Source of the DNA: Candidatus Geothermarchaeum rappei
GTDB taxonomy: Archaea > Thermoproteota > Nitrososphaeria > Geothermarchaeales > JDFR-13
Length of the DNA stretch: 24,000 nt
Reading direction: 5' to 3'
NCBI GenBank assembly: GCA_002011085.2
Contig: MTMB02000001.1
Coordinates: 1,559,547 to 1,583,546, forward strand
A program made the translations under genes and the position numbers. This document shows positions 16,482 to 24,000 of the stretch, piece by piece (position 1 is the first letter of the stretch; each line of letters begins with the position of its first letter). The notes beneath the pieces were generated by a model. The model had not been told where the DNA came from. It did no database searches and saw nothing but the letters and a program-made list of their open reading frames with translations.

Positions 16482-16576
16482 TGGGCCCGGCCGGATTCGA
16501 ACCGGCGACCTCTCGGTATATGCCCCCTTTATTGGGGTTATCAGCCGAGCGCTCCGCCAGGCTGAGCTACGGGCCC
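16482..16576 (-). tRNA. tRNA-Ile (anticodon GAT) with a 21-nt intron at 37/38 (16518-16538), CCA not encoded
   Basis: The reverse complement reads GGGCCCG TA GCTC AGCCTGGCG GAGC G CTCGG CTGATA[ACCCCAATAAAGGGGGCATAT]A CCGAG AGGTC GCCGG TTCGAAT CCGGC CGGGCCC A. The intron contains its own CCCC/GGGG hairpin. Confidence 0.85.
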
Positions 16577-16761
16577 TCTTGTCAAAAATACGTTTAATGC
16601 TCCCCTTATTAAAAAAATTTTCTGTGAGGGGCCAGAGGGTTCAACATCAACTTATTTGATAAGGTCGGTATAAGAATATTAATTTATTATTTAGGAACTA
16701 AATTATAGTATAGCATTTTTCGCGAGTGGGGCTGGTTGCTTAATACGTACAATTAGCGATT

Positions 16762-19164
16762 ATGGTGAGTATAATTATGAAGTTTAAGCCTAAGTTAAAA
16801 GAAAAGCGTTGGAATGTAGAGAACGAGTTAAAATTACTTGAGATATGGGAAAAGGAGGGGGTTATGGAGTTTGAGAACGTTGAGGATAAACCAATTTTTT
16901 CTATTGACACTCCACCACCATATGCATCCGGTAGTTGGCATGTAGGAGCCGCGGCCCACTATTGTCAATTTGACATGTTTGCTAGGTATTTTAGGTTAAA
17001 GGGTTATCAGGTATTGTTCCCCATGGGTATAGATAGGAATGGTTTACCTATAGAGATACGTGTTGAGCAAAAATATGGGATTAGAGCAAGGGAAGTGGAT
17101 AGGGAGTATTTTATAAGGCTATGTAGAGAGAATCTGGATATCTATGAGAAGGATATTCTAGATATCGTACGTCGAATGGGTATGATGGCTAGATACTGGG
17201 ATCCATACAGAACTGACAGCCCCGATTACCGTGCTCTCACACAAGCCACTTTTATCGAGTTATGGAAGAAGGGTCTAATATATGAAGATGACCGGCCTAC
17301 GATATGGTGCCCCGTATGTCATACAACTATAGCTGAGGCTGAGGTGGAGTATAAGACAAAGGATGGTTTCTTATATTATGTACGTTTCCCACTTGAGGAA
17401 GGGGGGTATATTGTGATCGCTACTACCAGGCCTGAGTTAATTGGGGCCACCGCTGCAGTAATGTATAACCCTGAGGATGGGCGATACCGAGATTTAGAAG
17501 GTAAAAAGGCTCTACTACCCATCTATAATAAACCTGTCCCAATTATCCCTCACCCTATAGTTGATCCTGAATATGGAACAGGTCTAATGATGCTCTCCTC
17601 GTTCGGTGACCTAACGGATGTCAGATTATTTAGAGAATTAGGATTTGAACCTAACGTACTAATTGACAAAGACGGGTGCATGAATGAGAAGGCCGGTAAA
17701 TATAAGGGATTGACTGTAGAGGAAGCGAGGAAGGCAATCGTAAATGATCTGAAAGAGATGGGTCTACTGGAAAAAAGCGTCCCTGTAAAGCAGAATGTAC
17801 CTATGTGCTGGCGTTCACGTAATCCTGTAGAATTCATAATAACTCGTGATCTATACCTTAAACAAATCGAGTTTAAGGAGGAGCTTAAGCGTTTAGCAGA
17901 TAAGATAAGGTTTTTCCCCGAGATACATAAAACTATTTTAATCAACTGGATAGAGTCTCTCTCTATAGACTGGGCTATCACTAGGACACGATATTATGGT
18001 ACAGAGGTTCCACTATGGTATTGTAAGAAATGTGGGCATCCACATGTGCCCGAGCCAGGAAGGTATTACAGACCATGGAAAGACCCTGCGCCATTCGATG
18101 AATGTGAAAAATGTGGCCATAAGGAATTTGTAGGAGATCCTAGGACATTTGACACGTGGATGGACTCAAGTGTCTCAGCATTATATATAAGTGGATATGG
18201 CAAGGACGAGAAATTGTTTAATAGAGCCTTTCCTGTAAGTGTCCGTCCTCAGGGTATCGATATAGTTAGGACATGGCTACACTATTCCTTATTAAGAATC
18301 TATCTCCTCACAGGTAAACCTGCGTTTAAGATGATTCGACTATCAGGAATGGGCCTTGATGAACATGGACATGCGATGCATAAGTCTTTAGGTAATGTTG
18401 TGCTACCCATGCCTATATTATCTAAATATGGCGCGGATGCGTTTAGGGTATGGAGCGCATCTGAAACAAAACTGGGCTTTAACTATAGATACTCAGAGGC
18501 AAAGATAGAGGCTGCTAGACGTTTTATAACAAAACTCTGGAATGTAGCACGCTTTATATCTATGTTTCCATATATCAATGATTTTAACAAAAATCATCTT
18601 CTCCCGCTTGACAAACAAATTATCGTCGAAGTGGACAAATTGATAAACACCGCAAGAGAGGAGTATGAAACACTTGATTTCTTCTACACTACAAATAACC
18701 TAAAGAACTTCGTATGGAACATCTATGCCTCCCATTATTTGGAATTAGTGAAGAATAGAGCATATAACTACAGTGGTGAATTTAGTGAAACAGAACAGAA
18801 AAGCGCATGGTATACTCTTCATCGAACATTAAAAACAATTCTCTTATTGCTTCATCCTGTTGCACCATTTGTTACAGACTACATCTGGCGTAAATTGTAT
18901 AATCCAAAAGGTATATTATCAGAGAAGTTTCCCGAGCCAAGTGGATTTGAAGTTACACCAAAATTTGACTTGATAATGAAGTTGGACTCTGCGATATGGA
19001 AGTTTAAAGAGTCCCGTGGGCTTTCATTGAAAGACGGTATATCAGAGGCTGTTTTACCAAAAGCCCTAGAAGAATTCCATAAGGACATCAAAGCCACTCA
19101 TAACATAAAAGAAATAAAATATGACGACAGCATAGATGTAGAGAGCATAAAACTTTCTCTCTAA
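16762..19164 (+). CDS. valS: Valyl-tRNA synthetase (archaeal type)
   Basis: 800-aa class I aaRS. Matching features are IDTPPPYASG...H.G, GIDRNGLPIE, the editing-domain signature TTRPELIGATAAVMYNPEDGRY, a KMSKS-equivalent MHKSLGN, and CxxC...CxxC zinc knuckles. The length fits archaeal ValRS rather than IleRS or LeuRS. An alternative start is the ATG at 16777. Confidence 0.85.
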   Translation: MVSIIMKFKPKLKEKRWNVENELKLLEIWEKEGVMEFENVEDKPIFSIDTPPPYASGSWHVGAAAHYCQFDMFARYFRLKGYQVLFPMGIDRNGLPIEIRVEQKYGIRAREVDREYFIRLCRENLDIYEKDILDIVRRMGMMARYWDPYRTDSPDYRALTQATFIELWKKGLIYEDDRPTIWCPVCHTTIAEAEVEYKTKDGFLYYVRFPLEEGGYIVIATTRPELIGATAAVMYNPEDGRYRDLEGKKALLPIYNKPVPIIPHPIVDPEYGTGLMMLSSFGDLTDVRLFRELGFEPNVLIDKDGCMNEKAGKYKGLTVEEARKAIVNDLKEMGLLEKSVPVKQNVPMCWRSRNPVEFIITRDLYLKQIEFKEELKRLADKIRFFPEIHKTILINWIESLSIDWAITRTRYYGTEVPLWYCKKCGHPHVPEPGRYYRPWKDPAPFDECEKCGHKEFVGDPRTFDTWMDSSVSALYISGYGKDEKLFNRAFPVSVRPQGIDIVRTWLHYSLLRIYLLTGKPAFKMIRLSGMGLDEHGHAMHKSLGNVVLPMPILSKYGADAFRVWSASETKLGFNYRYSEAKIEAARRFITKLWNVARFISMFPYINDFNKNHLLPLDKQIIVEVDKLINTAREEYETLDFFYTTNNLKNFVWNIYASHYLELVKNRAYNYSGEFSETEQKSAWYTLHRTLKTILLLLHPVAPFVTDYIWRKLYNPKGILSEKFPEPSGFEVTPKFDLIMKLDSAIWKFKESRGLSLKDGISEAVLPKALEEFHKDIKATHNIKEIKYDDSIDVESIKLSL

Positions 19165-19178
19165 TATAGTTTCGTTAA

Positions 19179-20447
19179 TTAATAACGTAAGGGATATCGT
19201 AGCAGCGCTCCAATTCCACCAAACTGTTTAAATATTTTTCCATGTTCTGTCTTAGAAGATATTATCTCCACCTTAAAGCCATATTCATTAGCAGCGTCAT
19301 GCAGATAGTCTAACAACAACTTAACGTCTTCAGGATACATTATTCCATTACTACATTGAGGGCATTTTAAGCCACTATGCTCTAGGCGCTCTACATCCTG
19401 TGTCTTTACCATCTTCTCTTCTTCATATCCGCATGACTCGCATTTTAACTTTGTATAATAGTATTCAAAGTCATCCAAAATTAGGATCTTCTCAATAGCA
19501 CCATCGTATAGATGTCTTATAACATCCTTCAAACCATATAATACCATGTCATGTCTACGTGCCAATCTACTCATAAATTCATCTATGAGATTCTTTTCAT
19601 ATACGTATCGAACGTTTTTAAGGATGTCTTTTCCTTTTATAACCATCTCTCTAAGCCCTTCTTCTCCAGAATAGTTCGTATCTATATAATCAATGATCTT
19701 CTTTTTCAACCGATAATCCAAGTCACTTTCTTCAACAAAATTATACTTGGTAAAACCTGGGCCTCCAACAAGTATGCCTCTCAACCTATCAAATATATCT
19801 TCTCTTAGAAACACCTCATTTACATGTTTTGCAACCCTATCAAAATAATGATGTACCTCCATTTCACGTAGCCGCTCAAACCTTCTAGCGGACTGCCCCC
19901 CCGCCCGATGCTTACCTGGTATTCCAGATGTATATGTCGCTATAACATCAAGCCTCCTACCCTCTAGGAGGCCAATGGCAGCCTCGTTAATATCAATAGA
20001 TATCAACCCATAAACCTCTTTCTCCCTAAGTAGCTCCTCTAAATATTCTGTATGGAAATGATCATCACATCTATACAAGTTCACTTTAAGGGGCTCTGGC
20101 GGCTCAATCACATATATCTCCATCTTCTCACTCCCAGGAGGTCCTCTGGGAATAGCTCCACAAAACACAACCAACCCATTTTCAGGTGCCTGATCATAAT
20201 ATTTAAGCCTTTCAATAACCTTGAGAATAGCATCCTGAACATTCTTCCTAGTCGTATCCGATTTAATATTAGATGCAGTAGAGTATTCCTCTCTTAAATA
20301 TCCTATTACTTCACTCATTCTTCTATTGGGTGGAATATAAAGGCTAATTAATTCTGTGCCTCTCCCCTCTTTCTTCCTTATCTCATCTAACATCCTCTTA
20401 AGCCAATATTTCTCCATCTCCTTATCCTGCTTCTTCTTCATCTTCAT
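19179..20447 (-). CDS. prf1: Peptide chain release factor aRF1
   Basis: 422-aa ORF with the NIKS stop-codon recognition motif (TASNIKSD) and the GGQ peptidyl-tRNA hydrolysis motif (HRAGGQSARRF). The C-terminal domain carries a CxxC...CxxC insertion. Confidence 0.9.
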   Translation of the reverse strand: MKMKKKQDKEMEKYWLKRMLDEIRKKEGRGTELISLYIPPNRRMSEVIGYLREEYSTASNIKSDTTRKNVQDAILKVIERLKYYDQAPENGLVVFCGAIPRGPPGSEKMEIYVIEPPEPLKVNLYRCDDHFHTEYLEELLREKEVYGLISIDINEAAIGLLEGRRLDVIATYTSGIPGKHRAGGQSARRFERLREMEVHHYFDRVAKHVNEVFLREDIFDRLRGILVGGPGFTKYNFVEESDLDYRLKKKIIDYIDTNYSGEEGLREMVIKGKDILKNVRYVYEKNLIDEFMSRLARRHDMVLYGLKDVIRHLYDGAIEKILILDDFEYYYTKLKCESCGYEEEKMVKTQDVERLEHSGLKCPQCSNGIMYPEDVKLLLDYLHDAANEYGFKVEIISSKTEHGKIFKQFGGIGALLRYPLRY

Positions 20448-20530
20448 TACCTCTACCTCCCCAGGTTAATTGATTAGATTGAAGATATCTATATATAAAT
20501 AGCGTCCTCAAGCAATTTTATTGTAGAGTC

Positions 20531-21226
20531 ATGTATCGGAAGATCGTCATCAAATTGACTGGGCACATGCTTGATCCATCGGGAGACTATAATGAGCTTA
20601 TCTCACTTATAAACTTCATAAAGAGAGATCATCTAGACAACAAGAGAATATATTATTTAGTAGTTGGTGGCGGCCAATACGCTAGGACATTAATTGAAAA
20701 CTTGAGAAAACACGGTGTAAACGAATATTTACTTGACAAAATTGGAATTGAGACATCCCGTATACACGCTCTATTCATTTCATACCTATTGAGACCATAT
20801 GTCCATGAATATATTCCGAGGTCAATTGAGGAGGCTGTTTTACTTGATATGAGTAAAGAAGCTAACTTAGTTATGGGTGGCTTGTATCCAGGCTTCTCAA
20901 CAAACGCTGTTTCAGCGATGCTTGCAAAGGCGGTTAATGCAGATATCCTCCTAACTATGAGTAGAGGCGGTGGATTGTTCGATAAAAATCCAGAGAAGTA
21001 TCCGGATGCAAAGCTAATAAAGGAAGCGGACATATCGCTTGTAGGCAAGATTTTAGGAGTATACGACGAACGCGCAGGGCATTATCCCCTTCTTGACAAA
21101 ACCTCTATAAAGGTAATTGCTGAAAACGAGATCGATACATATATAATTCCCCCGACTCTACAGGCCCTTAAAAAAATACTTAATAAAGAAAACCCTGGAA
21201 CCCACATAGTGTTTAAATCTCCATAA
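20531..21226 (+). CDS. pyrH: Uridylate (UMP) kinase, archaeal type
   Basis: 231-aa amino-acid-kinase-fold ORF. Matching features are IVIKLTG at the N-terminus, VVGGGQYAR, LDKIGIETSRIHA, and a size typical of archaeal PyrH. Confidence 0.8.
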   Translation: MYRKIVIKLTGHMLDPSGDYNELISLINFIKRDHLDNKRIYYLVVGGGQYARTLIENLRKHGVNEYLLDKIGIETSRIHALFISYLLRPYVHEYIPRSIEEAVLLDMSKEANLVMGGLYPGFSTNAVSAMLAKAVNADILLTMSRGGGLFDKNPEKYPDAKLIKEADISLVGKILGVYDERAGHYPLLDKTSIKVIAENEIDTYIIPPTLQALKKILNKENPGTHIVFKSP

Positions 21227-21299
21227 ACATCTATGTCGAGTAAAAACCAATGTTGATAAATTTTTAATAATACTTCCATAGTATCATATATCCTTAGAC

Positions 21300-21407
21300 G
21301 GAGGGGTTCCCCTAGCCTGGTCAACGGGGGCAGGCTCAAGATCCGGGTGACGATGAGTCACCTGCTGGCGTAGGCCTTCGTGGGTTCAAATCCCACCCCC
21401 TCCACCA
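21300..21407 (+). tRNA. tRNA-Leu (anticodon CAA) with a 19-nt intron at 37/38 (21341-21359), long variable arm, 3' CCA encoded
   Basis: GGAGGGG TT CCC...GGG G GCAGG CTCAAG[ATCCGGGTGACGATGAGTC]A CCTGC TGGCGTAGGCCTTC GTGGG TTCAAAT CCCAC CCCCTCC A CCA. The mature length (89 nt) equals that of tRNA-Leu(TAA). Confidence 0.9.
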
Positions 21408-21855
21408 TTTAAGATCTTGATGATAATTTTTCTAGGAATGGCCTAAAAACAAGGTGCTAAGCATCAAACAGTGGAATACAAGGTTAAAATAATTTTAGTA
21501 ACAAACATTAATGGTCAGTAATGATGGAAGCTCAGATAAATTATTAATACTTGTCAAGGAAACAAGCGGCTACCCATGAAGATTTTCATTGACTATAACA
21601 ACAATAGAATATATGTATTTGGACCCGTAGTAATGGTGAGAACCTTCTGATCCACCTTCTCTCATATCCAAACCATTCTGATTTAAGGAATAAAAATCCA
21701 AGTTAGTTGCTGGTATCTCAATTTTAGTTAATAATCTTGTCTAATAGATAAACGCCATATATTATATACAACATTATATCAACAATTTTTATTTATTCAG
21801 ACTTATTTTCTATTTATTGTATTATTATCAAAATATTTTCATAAGTAACGGGGCG

Positions 21856-22746
21856 ATGCAAGTGGGTAGAGAAAAATACTGCCCTCTTGCCTCAATAGTA
21901 ATATTCCTAATATTAGCTCATATTGCCATTTCTCCGACCGTATCCGCACAGAACATTGATTCTGGATGGATTCTACTAGGTACAGATCCTGATGAAGGAC
22001 GAACATTTGATTTGAAGCAGATATACTACAAAGTAGAGGGTAATCTACTCTACATAAAAATCGTTTTTTACAGACAATATACTTCCCTGACAACATTTGA
22101 TATACACATATTTCTAGATGTCGATGATAACGTTGATACTGGATACTATATGCCAAATAGAGAATTAGGCGCAGACTATTCACTATACATCGGCAACGAC
22201 GGTTACTATCGATATGGGACTCTCTCATTCATATGGAAAAGCTTAGGCCGAGGATGGGACACTTCCAACCCGATATTTGCTGAATACGAATATTACAGTT
22301 TTCCTTCAGATACCACCATAGTATGCTATGACTTAAGCAAACTTGAAGGCGTTGGAAATAGGATTCGAGCAATTTTCATAGACACCTCAGACTATCCAAT
22401 ATATGACTACTTTCCAGAAACTGGAAATATAGTCATGGAACTCATTCCCGAGAAATTAGTAGAGGCAAAAGGCGTAAGCACAAGTGGCCTCGCTAAATTG
22501 ACATTGGAAAAAGACCGCGGTGTCCTCAAAATCTACCCATATCCCTGGCTTGGAGACAAACTTCCATATGAGTTCGAGATCAAAATAATATCTATCACTA
22601 GAACAGAGGCATGCATGATAATTAATATTCAGATGAACTACAATATCCATGGAAAGGAAAACTGGCTTCCCGCTATAATAATAGTTGACTTGATAAGCAA
22701 CAAACTATTCCTAATAGGGCCGATAAACATGATAGGAAATATATAA
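21856..22746 (+). CDS. Secreted hypothetical protein (signal peptide; Tyr/Asp-rich; DxDxN-type acidic loop)
   Basis: The ORF is open from 21817 (TTG). The ATG at 21856 gives MQVGREKYCPLASIVIFLILAHIAISPTVSA|Q, a classical signal peptide with an AxA-like cleavage site. I recognise no family signature. FLDVDDNVDTGY...GADYSLYIG resembles a Ca-binding/carbohydrate-module-like loop. Confidence 0.55.
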   Translation: MQVGREKYCPLASIVIFLILAHIAISPTVSAQNIDSGWILLGTDPDEGRTFDLKQIYYKVEGNLLYIKIVFYRQYTSLTTFDIHIFLDVDDNVDTGYYMPNRELGADYSLYIGNDGYYRYGTLSFIWKSLGRGWDTSNPIFAEYEYYSFPSDTTIVCYDLSKLEGVGNRIRAIFIDTSDYPIYDYFPETGNIVMELIPEKLVEAKGVSTSGLAKLTLEKDRGVLKIYPYPWLGDKLPYEFEIKIISITRTEACMIINIQMNYNIHGKENWLPAIIIVDLISNKLFLIGPINMIGNI

Positions 22747-22883
22747 CCCTCTCTCTTCTTTTTAAGGATATAGAAGACGAAACCTCTCCTTAGCAGATAA
22801 CAACATATATAATATATCTTTTCATTATAATGTAAATTTCAATCTCCATGTATCCACGAGAGATTACGTTTATCGTAATAAAA

Positions 22884-22916
22884 CCTTATATATGGGTATT
22901 AACTTAAAATAAAATG
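22884..22916 (+). promoter_or_regulatory. Candidate rRNA operon promoter (two TATA-like boxes)
   Basis: CCTTATATATGG (22884-22895) and CTTAAAATAAAA (22903-22914) lie ~20-45 nt upstream of the abrupt switch to G+C-rich leader sequence at 22932. This is motif-only evidence. Confidence 0.35.
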
Positions 22917-22931
22917 GCTAAAGCTAATAAA

Positions 22932-23104
22932 TCCGCGCGGCGGTATCCCGGTGACCAAAGCTGTATAGCAAGGGATGAAGCCGCGGATCTCCACGCGCGG
23001 ATACAGCATGACGACCCAACCGAATAATAATAGATGGTTGGGTCGGAGGAGAGGAAACCTAAACTAGCCTATGCGGCCTCCCACGGGCGGCGTACTCCCG
23101 CGAG
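22932..23104 (+). other. 16S rRNA 5' external transcribed leader (processing-stem region)
   Basis: Composition switches sharply from A+T-rich to G+C-rich ~175 nt before the conserved 16S 5' end. The region contains several strong self-complementary segments, including a perfect 10-bp hairpin at 23012-23045. Confidence 0.6.

Positions 23105-24000
<896 letters not shown>

Noticed and set aside
16474-16659. Track ORFs overlapping RNA genes: 16474-16659 over tRNA-Ile, 21082-21339 over tRNA-Leu(CAA), and 23381-23563 and 23394-23714 inside 16S rRNA.
   Set aside because: The underlying sequence folds as tRNA or matches universally conserved 16S segments. The ORFs are artefacts of G+C-rich RNA genes that lack stop codons.
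16936-16962. The ValRS HIGH region reads WHVGAAAHY, so the canonical second His of H-x-G-H is Ala. This could indicate an inactive paralogue.
   Set aside because: All other ValRS motifs are intact and the gene is full length. My recollection is that crenarchaeal-type ValRS sequences share a similar WH(I/V)GAA.HY variant, and I cannot judge this without an alignment. It is likely clade-typical.
17308-17322. A CPVCH (CxxCH) motif inside ValRS, which looks like a c-type heme attachment site near a ccm operon.
   Set aside because: It sits in a cytoplasmic class I synthetase with no signal peptide, in the WCxxC zinc-knuckle region. It is not a plausible cytochrome c substrate.
21418-21526. C-box-like motifs TGATGA (21418-21423, right after tRNA-Leu) and ATGATGG (21520-21526), which suggested a C/D box sRNA.
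   Set aside because: No CTGA D box lies within the ~45-65 nt expected on either strand. The nearest CTGA motifs (21646, 21677) are more than 120 nt away, and no C'/D' pair is present.
21621-21630. GGACCCGTAG, identical to the first 10 nt of tRNA-Arg(CCT). It could be a tRNA-fragment att-site remnant of an integrated element.
   Set aside because: The match stops after 10 nt. No integrase or other mobile-element gene is nearby, and there is no second repeat copy. A chance match cannot be excluded.

Overview
This window is an A+T-rich archaeal chromosome segment, and it looks like core genome rather than an accessory island. Several features point to a hyperthermophilic crenarchaeon/TACK-like archaeon: strongly G+C-rich stable-RNA genes, intron-bearing tRNAs, a 16S 5' end reading CCGGTTGATCCTGCCGGA, and genes for aRF1, NucS and a DGGGP-synthase-like prenyltransferase. 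I cannot name a species from the sequence alone.

Gene content:
- Housekeeping CDSs: nucS, a thiL-like gene, a phosphohexomutase, a class II aldolase, an MtnA-like isomerase, a tRNA-splicing endonuclease subunit, a UbiA-family prenyltransferase, hisS, a DUF62-type SAM hydrolase, a cation/H+ antiporter, valS, aRF1 and pyrH.
- Seven tRNA genes. Four carry introns at the canonical 37/38 position, and four encode their 3' CCA.
- The leader and first ~900 nt of a 16S rRNA gene at the right edge.

The only multi-gene system is a tightly overlapping seven-gene cytochrome c maturation (System I) operon at 4013-8932. Its order is ccmF, thioredoxin-like gene, ccmC, ccmD-like micro-ORF, ccmE, ccmA, ccmB. 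It is the variant form, with a Cys-type CcmE (CPSTY instead of HDENY) and no ccmH. Three details deserve a second look:
- an unlisted 36-codon ccmD-like ORF;
- a divergent membrane-anchored thioredoxin-like protein with a CSSC motif;
- a CcmA whose Q-loop and H-loop residues look substituted.

Other items to follow up are an orphan secreted protein with long non-coding flanks just upstream of the rRNA operon, a small RHH-like/Cys-rich protein, and GC-rich secondary structure in the 16S leader. I found no CRISPR array, transposase, integrase, toxin-antitoxin pair or recognisable defence system. I see no convincing evidence of a wholly undescribed multi-gene system here.
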